A stretch of 63,246 nucleotides of DNA, filler included, from Kipferlia bialata (GCA_003568945.1; 4 parts of 4 records of this genome joined end to end with filler, not necessarily neighbours in it), one strand, 5' to 3'. Counted from the first letter of the whole stretch, positions 10,540 through 25,796 are shown. The notes: generated from the sequence alone by a model not told the origin. Made by a program: numbers and translations.

Positions 10540-12050
10540 ATGCCCATGACCTGACCACGACGTGTCTCCTGGCCTCTGCGGCTGCCTTGAGCCTGGCCTC
10601 TCTGACCTGGGTCACTATGTATATGAGTGCCATCAGCACCCCCCTCAGACACCCCACTGCCATCAGGGCCACACCAACTGTGTCAGAGGTGGGTATCAGG
10701 TTGAACACGAGGAAGCATGCCTCGCTCACAGTGTAGCACAGGCAGTAGGGCAGGTTGTTGGCAACTAGTGCTGCGGCTAGGTAGCCCTGGTCGGGGGTCT
10801 GGCCCTTCCTCCCTACACCAATCACAGCCACTAGCATGAAGCCTAGAGATATGGTGGTCAGGACGACGTTGGGGTAGTCAAACCACACCAGCACAGGGGA
10901 CGGGTCGTTCTGGGTGGTGTCGAACCAGCACTGGGAGGTCTCGCTGGACCCAAAGGCACCTGGGGGTGAGTATGGAGGGGGAGAGAGGGTATGGGGGGAG
11001 GGACCTCCTTCCTATACTGTATAAACCAATATATTTGGGAGATGTAATACAGAGGGCACTACGCACAGTTAGGATAATACAATAGTACCTGTCTGCACTG
11101 CGAGTGTGGCCACTGTCACAGCCAGTAGCACCATGCAGACTAGGATGGCACGCATGGCCACGGGACTGGACCTGGGGGTGGGTGTAGGAATATAGAAGAG
11201 AAAGGTGGGTATTACTACACATGACGGGGAGAGATGAATGGAGAAGAGACCCACCTAGTAGTGCCTATTCTCTTGTAGGAGGAGGGCCTCAGGATGAGGA
11301 GGCTGGACGTGACACACATGGCCACCAGCACCAGCATCAACAGCTCGGCCAGGGCATAGTCGATGTACCCAGTGTATGGACACAGCTTGGGGGTCAGATA
11401 TATATATAGAGATATATAGATAGGGACGAATGGTAAATGGATGAATGAGGGAGGTATATATGGGGTAAATAGGTATATATATATGTTAGTGGGTGATTAG
11501 ACTGACACCTACACTCCACATGGAGTCCATAAAGAATTAGTCATCACTCTTCTGTCCAACGTATATAAACGATGGACTAAACATAGTAGTAATTACAACC
11601 ACAGAGTCCAGCTATTGGGTATAACACTAAGATAATGGACGAATATCAAGCAAAGAGTGCTCAAGTGCATAGATGGGGGAAGAGAGGTTGTATTCAAGAT
11701 ACTGATAGCAATACTCATTACAATCACACGCATACCCTATTGTGTGTGGCGAGTAGCCATGTACCGTCGAGCAGGAACTCTATCAGGAACATGGACATCA
11801 TGAGGGTCCAGCTGAGTGACCCCTCCATGCTCCTACGCATAGAGACGACAGGGCTATTGAGCCTGCCATTTGGTGAGGTCAGAGACACCTGGCCCCTGTG
11901 CCGGGTGGTGCCCCTGGACGCATTGGCAGCAGCTATAGCCCTCTGCTGCCTGGTGTGCCGGAACCTGAGGCACACACCGTATATGAACACAATCAGTGCA
12001 CATGCTATGGAGAATGGTAACAGGGTCTGGATGGCTGTCAGGACCTGCAT
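10538..12050 (-). CDS. Seven-transmembrane protein resembling the cAMP-receptor/GCR1/Git3 class of GPCRs (316 aa)
   Basis: Exons 12050-11736, 11385-11255, 11171-11089 and 10959-10538 (951 nt, in frame). Seven hydrophobic segments, Cys at the top of TM3 (LCPYTGYIDY), ECL2 AFGSSETSQCWF, TM7 LRGVLMALIY. Confidence 0.7.
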
Positions 12051-12383
12051 CCCTCACACGGTGCACACGCGGACCAAGGGGGGAGGTTGACCCAGACAGA
12101 GAGGATGTAAGATGCGCTGTAAGATGTGTTGCTGTACTACTATGGGGGTCGCTAAACAGGATGGTCACGCATCAATCCTTGGACACATATGTTTTTGCCA
12201 AAAGTATCTATACCCTTTCTCCATCGTCTTGCTTGTCTTGCTTTGAGTGGCCACTCTACATCAGGTCGCAACTACTGACAGTGTCAGTGATTGCAGACCT
12301 TCACTCAACTGTCTCTGTTGTTATTCGCGACACCATTGTGTGTCTGAGGTGAATCTATTGACTTGCCCCCCGTCCCTTGAGAG

Positions 12384-14438
12384 ATGGCGGACCCCTTCAC
12401 TGCCTGTTCCACCCCCCTGTCTGAGGCCTCGATGTCCATGGAGGACACAGACTCAGTCCTCACACTCGCAGCTAGTGGGGACCCATGCACAGTGCTGTTC
12501 AATGACGGGAGGTGGGTGGTATACGGATAGTGGGTGTCAGACTGTCTCTCTCTCGTCTCTGACCTGTCTCACTCTCAGGAAGGCACTGGAGCTTGCTGCC
12601 AAGTTTGTCAAGTATGCCCTGATCAACCAGCACCAGGTATGAATGGTGTGGTATGGTGTTGTATACTCTCTCGACCCGATTCTCCACTCTCCCCTTACTC
12701 TAGGTTCTCTTCCTGCGTTCCGAGATGCCAGCTGTGTACACCGACTCTCTCTTCCATGTCCTGAGGGAGAACTACGGTGTCAATGCCGCGACAGCCATGA
12801 TTGTCAGGCAGATACAGCTCAGTGGCCTGGGGGACTTTGTGGTGAGTGTAGTATAACTGTGCATAATTCTAGGTACTGTAACTCTACATCTGATCTCTTA
12901 TATTCTATTTGCACGTTCCCCTCTATAGGGACAGAGGTTTTCTATGACCCACTAGACTATTTGGTTACTCTCTCTGTCACTTACTTGCCAAACAGTCACT
13001 CTTTTGGTCTAACGCGCTGTGCTGACTCTGCAGAGATCTGTATTTGGTGGATGTCTTTAGACATACAGATACAGACCTATACATTCACACATATATGTCC
13101 TTGTCCCCCCCACCTTGCCCTGACCCCAGAGCTCCTCCTTCAGTGGCCTGAAGCTACCCGGCACATCTGCTGTCTCTCCCTCTGCACCCTCAGCCAGTGA
13201 CAAGACACAGACCAAGACAGGAGGGCAGACTATGAGTGCATTCTATCGGTCCCATGTAGTGGTGCCGAAGCTCGTGGAGGGGTTCAGAAAGAGGTGGGGC
13301 TGTTATACTATTCTTGCAATACTGCTTGCTTCGTCTCTCTCTGTCTCTCTCTCACCAGTAAGGGTGCAGCAGGCTAGGGACCAGAAGTACAAGGGGTTCA
13401 CTCTCCTGCTAGAGTACAACTCGCAGGCCCAGCCAGGCCCGTCCATGCCCCTCACCCTGCAGACAATGCTAGAGCTGCAGACAGAGCTTGGAAAGTACGT
13501 CCACGCTATTGCATTATACCCTGCCTGATACTCTCCAATACCTTATCTACGCTGTGCTTACACCAAGGACCCCCCAGTGCCACGTTCAGTTCATGTGTGA
13601 CGCCCGGCTCATTGAGCATGTTGACCTACTCAGGTTGCTAGGGGAGCGTACCGTGTTTGCTTGTCACGACCATGTGGTGAGGATCCCAGAGGAGTGCCAG
13701 GTCAACCTGACCAACCCCCTCTCCCTCTCCCTAGGGGAGACTTCCTCCCTCAACTCACACGCCCTCGGCCTAGTGGCATCCCTAGTAGGACAGGTACCGG
13801 TACTCAGAGTTAAAATGGTGTATGTACGCGGTATGGGGGTTTGAAGTTCACTTTCTCTGTGTTCTTACTCCCAGGTGAAGAGAAGTGCCGCTCGTGAGAG
13901 GGAGAGGGAGGCGACGCTGCAGCGTGTACAGGAGAGAGAGGCCGAGTGGAAGAGAGAGAGACAGTCTCTGATGGCTGAGGTGCAGAGGCTGACGGACCAC
14001 GCAGCTGGTCTCGAATACATGTGTCAGGACCTGAGGAGTGAGAACGACAGGCTGCTCAGAGAGGCTGGGTCTGAGGACGACCTGAGTGACGAGGAGGACA
14101 TGGGGGATAGTGTAGGTGTAGAGCAGGGGCATGCTAGAAGTGCCGGGGGGATAGGATTCCCTCTGTCGAGAGAGGGCAGTGGTGAGGTTAGCAGCATCGG
14201 TGATAGACTGGGGTCCGTGGTGGTAGGGGCCAGTATGGGGTCTTCACAGTGTATGCTTGGCGGTGTGTCCTCTGTGCCTGTGAGTGCCCTCCCATCAGAG
14301 GGAGAGGGAGAGGGAGTGTCACCCTCTGAGGTGGAGGTTGGACTGCGGGTGGTGGGGGCCGTGTCCTCTCTGGAGGAGGACTGGAGGACAGAGAGAGAGA
14401 GGGCCGAGGAGGAGGACAGGTGGGGTGGGCTCCTGTGA
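12384..14438 (+). CDS. Protein with N-terminal MEDS/DcmR-like sensory domain, coiled coil and acidic low-complexity tail
   Basis: Exons 12384-12511, 12579-12636, 12704-12841, 13130-13293, 13363-13494, 13568-13793 and 13875-14438 join in frame. The domain call comes from visual pattern match only. Confidence 0.6.
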
Positions 14439-14789
14439 CAGGTCCATACCCCAGGCCTTGTTCCCTTCCTAAACATCTACCCTGTATTGCATAACCCTAT
14501 ATGGGCTCTTTCATAGTATTTCGTGTGCTCTTGTCATAGATTGACCCAGTGTTGTTGCATGAGACTTCTGTGGATACATTGACTCTATCACTACACTGTG
14601 TGGCCATACCGTCTATCTATTAAAGACCTCAAAAGAGGCGACAAGGGATGTGATCAGAACACACCCTCTACACAAAGGACATCAACGGGTGGGGGCGTAA
14701 AACCCCCAACGCAACTCAATAAATTCTAAGTATTGATACCGGTGCATATTCACATACACACACTAGTACCAAACTGGGGAGCATTCCCC

Positions 14790-17137
14790 TCACACAAACA
14801 CGCTAGGGGGCAGGACTGCCTTGCCGTGGTCGGCCTTGAGCAGGGCCAGCTCTGTCTTGAGCCTGGTGTGCTGGGCTGTCCACTCCTGGGGCATCGCCTC
14901 TGCGGCATAGAAGGCGTCCATCCTGTCCAGCTTGGCCAGGTAGGCATCCACCCGCACGCTGAACTGGGCGTCGTACTCGGCCTGGGTGTACACCCTGCCC
15001 TCAAAGTGGGCGGCAAAGAGGGCGCGGAGGTCGTCGTACTTCGGGATGAGGCCGATGGGTGTGGTTATGGCCCCGTACTGCTTCCTCACCCTGCCGGCAG
15101 TCCAGGCCAGCCACACCTCCTTGTCCAGCTGAGGGTGAGGGGGGGTACGTGTGGGAGTGGCAGGAGTATACTATACTATCATGTATATGTATGTATGTAC
15201 CTTGGTGTTGAGGAACTGACCGTCCTCCCCCCTGAGGAAGTAGTTGGTGCCAAAGACCCTGGGGGCCTTGTCACCTAGGGTGGCGCCAAACTTGATGTGG
15301 TTGGCGACATACATATCCAGGGGCACGATGAGGAAATCCATGTTTGCAAAGGGACTGGCCTTGCGCACACCCTCCTGAGGTAAGAGAGGGAGAGAGGGAG
15401 TAACGATACACATACTGATTAGATATATATCTAAAAGCACCCACCTTGCCGAGAGTGGCAGCTGTGGTCTCCGACTCGATGCCGCTTCCGATCCACACCC
15501 CGTGCTGCCAGGACAGAGACTCCAGCACAGCAGGGGTGCAGGAGGCATCCCTACCCCCGTAGAGCACAGCCTCCACAGGCACGCCAGAGGCGTTGTGGAG
15601 CTCCTTGGAGGCGTTGGGCAGCTCTGAGATGCGGAGGGTGAACCTGCTGTTCCCATGGCTGACGGGCTTGTCAGATGGGGTCCATGCCCCAGCGTGGTTG
15701 GTGCCCTTGGCCGGGAGGGACACGCCCTTGCCCATGCCTGTCCAGTAGGGCTTGCCGTCGTCCCCCTTGAGCACGTTGGAGAAGATGATCTCTCTCTCCT
15801 CGCCCAGGACACGGCTGATGACGGGGTCGTCCTTGGCATTCACATCCTGGGGGTGAGGCAAGGAATAGGAGGGGAGAGGGAGAAGTATATATATACCCAC
15901 CTTGATGATGCCGAAGATGCCTGCCTCGATGTTGACGGCCTTGGCGACACCGTCAATGTTGCGCATGTATATGATGTCGTCCCCCACAATGGATGACCCC
16001 CTGGACATGGCGGTGCTGGTCTTGCCACACGCTGAGGGGTAGGCCCCGGCCATGTACACCTCCTCTCCCCCGGCAGGTGGCTTGTAGGAGGCCAGGAACA
16101 TGTGCTCTGTCAGCCAGTCAGAGTGGTTGGCCTGGTGGATGGCAAGGCGAAGGGCAAGCTTCTTGCAGGCCAGGGTGTTACCGGCGTAGGAGCAGCCGTA
16201 GGAGAAGGTGCGCAGTCCCTTGGGGTCGATGTAGATGCGGCGGTGAGGGATGTCGGAGGGGTGGCCGTCCTTGTCAAGGGGTCCCGAGGCGTGGATGAAG
16301 TGGTAGAAGGCGCCCTTGTCCTCCATCTGCCTAAAGTGCTCGAAGCCCGGCCTGTACAGGATGGCCTGGCTGTGCAGCACGTAGTAGGAGTCTGTGAACT
16401 GCACTGCGGCACGGCTGAACTCGGAGTGCACTGGGCCCAGGCAGTAGAAGGCCACGATCAGGGTGCGGTCCTTCATGCTGCCCTTCATCAGACCCTGGAC
16501 CTGAAGGTGAGGAAGGGGGAGGGGAGGAAGTGTAGGAAGGGGACGTTGACCAAGAGAGAACCCCACCTCATTGATGCCCTGGTCCCTGTCCTCGGTGTTG
16601 ATGCCGGCAGACACCCTCTCACCTGGGGACAGAAGGACAGCAGTGTGCAGCTTGTCTCTGGCCTGTGGTAAGTGGTTAAACACTGATTCACATATTCGTC
16701 CATCGAAAGACGGTGCCATGAGCTGTGGACCACCAATTACAACCAGATGCCACACATACCTGGTCCTGGGGTCCGTCGAAGTGGATGGTGTGGCCCTTAG
16801 TAGCCAGAGAGGTCTCCTGGCCACTGGGGGTGAGTCAGGGAGCCAATAAATAACAAATGAAGCAGTCGTCAATACTCGTAAACGGCATGCTTGTCTCGCA
16901 ATTATTGGAAAAAGACGACATTGCAAGAGAATAGGCCACTAGCAACGCCCCAACCCCTCGTACTGCATACCTAGAGAGTGCCATCTGTGCAATGTAGGCC
17001 TGGTCCTCTGCAGAGTCCGTGGCAATGAAGACATCCTTGGGCTCTAGGAGGGTCACCATCCTGTGCACCAGAGTCTCCAGGGCCTCGTTGGCCAGGGGGG
17101 CCAGCTTCTGCAGGTAGGGGGCGGTGTCCTTGGTCAT
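14790..17137 (-). CDS. pckG: Phosphoenolpyruvate carboxykinase (GTP-dependent), multi-exon
   Basis: Motifs VQFTDSYYV, YAGNTLACKKLALR, WLTEHMFL, kinase-1a GAYPSACGKTSTAM, kinase-2 VGDDI, HGNSRFT, LYGGRD, ESETTAA, PFANMDF, FGTNYFLRGEDGQFL, TPIGLIPKY. Confidence 0.97.
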
Positions 17138-17983
17138 TGTGACGGTGCTGGCGGTGAGAAGGCAGCTGTCACAGCGAATCCCTTTAAGGACAAAGAGTCA
17201 GATAAAGTCAAGATCATTTCGGTGTCCATGTCAACAGTAGGGTATTAAACCTATATGTATATACTGAAACATAATCCTACCCGAACAGCTACCAATTCAG
17301 AAGCGAGGAGAGAGCTGGATACAGGACAAGAAGAAGTGAAACTGTTAAGAAGTGCATATATCATGGTGGTCAGGGAGAAGGAAGAATATCTATGGGAAGG
17401 AAGAGAGATATCAACACTCACCAGAAGCAGACTCCAAGGATAACAGTTGAAAACACCAGGGCCAGGTGTGGAACTCAGAGACTCGCCATGTAACAAATGT
17501 CCCTTCCAGAACCACAACAGAGCAGATGGGGAGCATGGAATGCCGCATAAGCTTAGAACTATCATGAAGACACTTCCTCATTGAGAGCCAAATGGAGGCT
17601 GGAGGCCAAAAAGGAATCCAACTCACCCAAAGGGGTATTGGAAGCATGACACCTCTGTAACATCCAAAAGAAGCTGTCTAACCAGCAGACGAATGCATGG
17701 CAGTCGAACGAAAAGAGACATGACATCAGTCTCGATTGGCCAATCAAGAAAAACACTAGATCTACAAAAGGGTTTAGGTAGATTCTTAAAGAATTTCTTT
17801 GGACCAATACCTAGTCATCTCATATACCTATGGGGCCATTACGTGCCCAATTCCGAAGCCATACGCGCTGCACCAGCCAACAGGTGACGCCGAATATTTA
17901 CTTGTCAATACACAAAATGGCGGTCCCATGCCCGCCTCTGTGAAGGATACGGTATACACATACACATACATAGACAAGGATGC

Positions 17984-20402
<2,419 letters not shown>

Positions 20403-20559
20403 TCTCAGATTGCAAGAAGGACAGGAGTGCATAGGCAGCAAGGATAATCCAATCGTTCAAAAACGAACGTCAAAAGGGTGTAACTAAAAACTCATTGGCT
20501 GAGTTGAAGGGTGTAGTCTTCGTCGGCGCAAACCAAGGAACTGTTCTAGGCTGTCTGGC
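20403..20559. promoter_or_regulatory. Short head-to-head intergenic region (~157 bp), probable bidirectional promoter for KARS and PP2A-C
   Basis: Divergent start codons at 20402 (-) and 20560 (+). No specific motif was identified. Confidence 0.5.
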
Positions 20560-22044
20560 ATGGGTAAGATGTCAGATATCGACGCCCAGATCGAGAGGCT
20601 GTATGACGGGCAATTATTGTCCGAATTCGAGGTCGAGCAGCTTTGCGAAAAGGTATATTGGTCTATTCATCTCTGAGTGTCTCTTGACGCCTTCTTACCC
20701 AGCTTAAAGAGCTCTTTGTGGAGGAGGAGAATGTTCAGACTGTCAGTGCACCACTCACAATCATTGGAGACATCCACGGACAGTTCATTGACCTCCTAGA
20801 GATCTTCCGCATCTGCGGAAAGCCTCCTCACACTAACTTCCTTTTCATGGGAGACTACGTTGACAGAGGGTACTACTCCATCGAGTGTGCCACACTCCTG
20901 TTCCTGCTGAAGGTATGTTTCTATATGGGGGAGTGGGTGTGAGTTTTGGATGGGTTGGACCCAGAGTGACACTTGAATCGTCTCTCAACCGTCAGGTCAG
21001 ATACCCCAAGCGCATCACCCTGCTTCGTGGAAACCACGAGTCCAGGCAGATCACCCAGATGTACGGGTTCTATGACGAGTGTGTCAAGAAGTACAGAAGC
21101 ATGAGGTATGGTGTGTATTCCACGTGGTTCTCCTATACAGTTGTCTGTATTGCCTAGGTCCACTGAGTATCGATACTCTCATTTACATGGGCAATGAATT
21201 GGCTCTGGGGATGGGAGACACATATGTGTGTGATTGTATGGCTGACATATTTGTTCTTGTCCTTCGCTAACCATATACACTGTATTTGTATATAGTGGTG
21301 ATGTCAACTATTCATACACACTGAATCATTCTCTTTCGTTCTCCATCTTCCTCCCTCTCCTCTCCTGGCCTCTCTCTATCGCGCTCACACCTGTACCAGC
21401 CTCTAAACCATGGGTATGTACATGACAGACCCCTCTTACCCTAGGGTGTGGCAGATGTACACTGAGATCTTCGACTACCTTCCCCTGGCCGCTCTCATTG
21501 AGAACCAGATCCTCTGTGTTCACGGAGGCCTCTCCCCCTCAGTCGACTCCATCGACCACATCAGGTGGGCACTCTCTCCCACATACATACTGTAGTGTCA
21601 CTCTCTTTTGTCTTCATATGATATGACTTCTACCCTCCCCCCCCCCCCTTGTTCCACCTCCACCTTCACCTCCCCCTCTGACTCTCCAGGCGCCTCGACC
21701 GTGTACAGGAGATCCCTCACGAGGGCCCTATGTGTGATCTGATGTGGAGTGACCCAGACGACAGGGTGGGCTGGGGCATCAGCCCTAGAGGGGCTGGGTT
21801 CACGTTCGGATACGACATCAGTGAGCAGTTCAACAGAAACAACGGCCTGCAGTTCATAGTGCGTGCCCACCAGCTGACCATGGAGGGATACTCCTGGGCT
21901 CACGACGGACAGGTGGGGCAGGATGTATATATATATATATCAATATATATCAATTTATATCAATACTTCTCTAGGTCATATTTTAGATAGTACCCCCCCC
22001 CTCACCCCAGGTCGTGACTGTGTTCTCCTCTCCCAACTACTGCT
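20560..22044 (+). CDS. PP2A-C: Ser/Thr protein phosphatase PP2A-family catalytic subunit, 3'-truncated at the scaffold end
   Basis: [92 protein letters not shown]. The residues look closer to PP2A than to PP4 or PP6. Confidence 0.93.
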
Positions 22045-22144
22045 NNNNNNNNNNNNNNNNNNNNNNNNNNNNNNNNNNNNNNNNNNNNTTAATTAATTAA
22101 NNNNNNNNNNNNNNNNNNNNNNNNNNNNNNNNNNNNNNNNNNNN
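22045..22144. other. Artificial scaffold-joining linker (N44-TTAATTAATTAA-N44)
   Basis: 100-nt block with six-frame stop oligo TTAATTAATTAA at 22089-22100; identical blocks occur elsewhere in the window. Confidence 0.95.
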
Positions 22145-22401
22145 CCATCCACGCCTATGACACCACCACCGACACCTGGGCCTGCTGGGGCGAGGCACCT
22201 ATGTTCCTGGATGCTGCTATATGTATGAACATTGACGCAGAGACCGCCCTGCTCTTTGGGGTGGAGAGACAGCCTGTCAAGGGGGATGAGGTGCCCACTC
22301 TCTGCTACAGGGTGCAGATAGGGGGGGTGAAGGCGGAGGGGGTGGCTGAGCCAGTCAACCTACTGCTGGAGACACCCGCCAAGAGAGAGGCAGTGGAGTG
22401 A
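22145..22401 (+). CDS. 3' terminal exon of a kelch/beta-propeller-like protein (5' truncated)
   Basis: IHAYDTTTDTWACWGEAP...TALLFG resembles a kelch blade (YD..T..W); stop at 22399-22401. Confidence 0.5.
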
Positions 22402-22596
22402 CGGGGTGAAGTACTTACATTTCATTCTTTACTGCATGAGAGTCACAAATACTCGGCCTAGTACTACATATTCTTACAATGATTGTATCAATGGATTTCA
22501 TAAATGGGTTGACAACAACAGTGTGATTTATACAGATCAGTTTCCATCCATTGTCCATCCCTCATGATGGGTAAATAGAGCGGGTCAGCGTCTGGA

Positions 22597-22661
22597 CGTC
22601 TGAACGTAATGGGGCATAGACAGCATGTCTGAACGTAATGGGGCATAGACAGCATGTCTGA
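22597..22661. repeat. Short tandem direct repeat (~30 bp, two copies plus a partial third)
   Basis: GTCTGAACGTAATGGGGCATAGACAGCAT occurs twice in tandem, followed by GTCTGA. Confidence 0.8.
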
Positions 22662-22999
22662 GTATATTCCATCCGTATTGACGTGTTGGTCACGTATGAT
22701 CAGAATGTATATGGTGAATTCCGATAGTTTCGGGTCTGGAGAGAGAGTATTTTCCTTCAATAGATAGAAAACTGGTGTATCACATGTTGGTGGTGAATAC
22801 TTGGGCTAGTGCGGGTGCTTTAGTAGAGGACACGAAGAAGATGGGTAGTGAGTAATACCATTTCTTATATATCATAACCTCTATTCTTTTCATCACCCCC
22901 AGGGGTATCGGCCCACATGTATACTTCTTCCTCTCTTTCCACTATTGTATATAGATGGTCCTTCCCCCCCTCTCACCCCCCAGGCCAAGCGCCACTGCC

Positions 23000-24516
23000 C
23001 CTCCACCCATTCTACACTCACATATACATCATAGTCATTCACTAGTTTGATAGACACCTTCCATCTATTCCCCTTTCCTATCATCTACGGAGTACAACGC
23101 ATTGCAACACTGACCTACTGGCATGGGTCCTGCCTGAGGGGGTTGAGGACCCATACGGGCCACGGGCTGGGGGTGAAAAGGGGGGAGAAACCAAAGAATA
23201 GCTTAAGGATACACTAAGAACCATGTATGCTCCTGTACACTGTACCTGGGCGACGCCTGGTACCAGGCCGACAGCCGCATTGGTTACCACCGGTAGAGGC
23301 ACCTCCCCCAGAGGCGGGGCTGCCTGTGCACCAACTCGGTCTAGGGAGGGTGCGGCACACAAATTGGGAGCGCAACCCTGAGGCTGCTCTTCGGCCTCCT
23401 GGGCAGCACGCTCCATCTGACGCTGCTCCTCCTGTTGGAGCTGGGTAAGGGGGGAGGGAGCAATAGGAAGAGAGAGAGAGCCGTATTTGGTACAACGTAC
23501 ACCGTACACCGTGCAACGTACCTCCATGCGTTCCCTGGACAGGGCCTCTTGCTTAGCCCAATAGGCAGCCTTGAGCGCTTCGTGTGTCCTCTCGGCCTTC
23601 TTGACCAGGTGATACTTGGGGGTAAGGGGACACGAAATAGTAATATATATAACAATGTAACAAGGAATAATACCATACAGCAAGAGAGTTAGGGTGCCCC
23701 AACTAGATACTGATTCACAGTGTCACACTAGGATCACTCCCACGCTCGTACGGCTTACGACGTACGGCTTACAGCTCCCACCTTGAACCCGCCACCCAGG
23801 GCGGCCAGCACCAGCACCAGGAGCAGGGTGAGGAGGAGCCAGTTGGTGCTAGGCTCTGGCTTGTCAGAGATAAGAATGAATGAAAGAAGGCTTCAGGGAG
23901 GGAGGGTTCAGACACACCTTGCAGGTATTTATTAATATATGTATACAAGTGTGTAATACACTGTCTAGTCCTTGTCCTCTTTCAAACACACCTTGCAGGT
24001 AGAGCTCGAACATGTTCTCAGGACCGGAGCATGTGGCGTCCACAGCAATGTACTGGCACTATGGGTGAGCGTGAGGAGGGGGAACATGGATATATCGCAC
24101 CTATTCAGTATATCAATAATCTACCACTACGGCAGCCTACTCGTTGTTGTAGGTACACACCCACTCACCACGGCTGTATCGAACGCCTTTCCCACACTGA
24201 GCACTGCCGCGGAGCTGAACTGGTAGGTCTGGGGTATGATGGGGAGAGAGGGAGAGAGTGAGAGAGAGAGAGAGAGATGGGGAACAGGGGAGGCTTACAC
24301 ACACAAACACATACGTCGACACACCCATCTCCCCACAACATACCGAGAGAGAGAGAGAGAGAGAGAGACGTACCGGGGCGTTGTATGTGGCGGTTAACTC
24401 GATATATGCGCCCCGCATCGAGGTGGTGTTGTCATATGCCATGTAGAATGGAGACATGACGACATCGTCCCACGCAGTCCCTAGGGTTAAAGAATGGTGT
24501 GTGAGAGAGAATGGGG

Positions 24517-24550
<34 letters not shown>

Positions 24551-24715
24551 TGGCTAGATGTACATATGCCCACCTAAGACGTATAGACCAGACTCTCCAC
24601 TGGCCAGGGATGTAAAAAGGGTGTAGGGAGAGAGAAAGAGAGAGAGAGAGAGAGTCTTACCAGTGGCCGACACCGCACTGGTCAGGGATGTGGAACTATC
24701 GGTGGTGCCTAGAGG

Positions 24716-24765
<50 letters not shown>

Positions 24766-25754
24766 GATAGAGAGATACCTCTGTCCGTGAAAACAGGTGT
24801 AGGTGCCCCGTCGCCGTTGGACCTACAGTGAGAGGATATGGGGAGGGGGGGAGAGAGAGAGAGAGAGAGAGAGGACAGAGGGAGGAGGGAATAGATAGGT
24901 CTCCTCATACCAGTCTCGGCTAGAGAGAGAGAGAGAGGGATACATGTCTTATACCAGTCGAGAGCACTCTGGGGGTCGTTGAACACACTCATTTCGGGTT
25001 CATATCCCTCCATGGAGTACTCGAGTAGGAGGTCGCCCCCTCCAGGTACCCAAACTGGGCCTAACAGGGCGCGTTTATATGACCTGGTGGTGAGAGGAGG
25101 GGGGGGTTGGGGAGGTTGTTCTGGACCATTCCTCACCGATACACACTGATATACTGATGCGTCTCTCTCACATACTTGGCTGATCTACAAGTACAATATA
25201 GTGAATTGTATATAGTATATGTCTTTTGTAGTATGGATACATTGTGTTGTAGGTGACATGGTATATGTGTACTATACGTACTATAAAGAAGAGAGAGAGA
25301 GGGGAGTCACCCTATCTGGTCCTCGGCCTCCACTGAAATCTGTTGGTCTGCGGTAACAAGGTCGGGAGTGGGGTCTGACTCACTAGGGTAAAAGGGGTGT
25401 AGAGGAAGAGAGAGAGAGANNNNNNNNNNNNNNNNNNNNNNNNNNNNNNNNNNNNNNNNNNNNNGAGAGAGAGAGAGAGGAGTGGGGTCTGACTCACTAG
25501 GGTAAAAGGGGTGTAGAGGGAGAGAGAGAGAGGGGGTGGGGGGGATGGACAGAGGTGCCATACTGATACACTCTGGTGCAATGCAAGTACGAGAGAGAGA
25601 GAGAGGATGAGAGAGAGAGAGAGGGAGATATACTCTCGGTACACTACAATCCATACGATACCCCCACCCATGTATCTCACTCATAGTGTCCCACCTGAAC
25701 TTGTATATGGTGCCGGAATTCTCTCCCATGGAGAACTTTAGCTCAGGCCCTGTG

Positions 25755-25796
<42 letters not shown>

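Noticed and set aside
17250..17900. A-rich intergenic stretch with short ORFs between PEPCK and KARS, a possible element remnant
   Set aside because: No terminal repeats, transposase or RT motifs, or coherent reading frame could be seen.
22089..22100. Palindromic TTAATTAATTAA between N runs (also at 44178 and 58764)
   Set aside because: Identical 100-nt six-frame-stop linker used to concatenate scaffolds. It is not biological, and gene adjacency across it is meaningless.
25365..25530. Duplicate sequence on both sides of an N gap
   Set aside because: Probably overlapping contig ends, or another echo copy; it cannot be interpreted across the gap.
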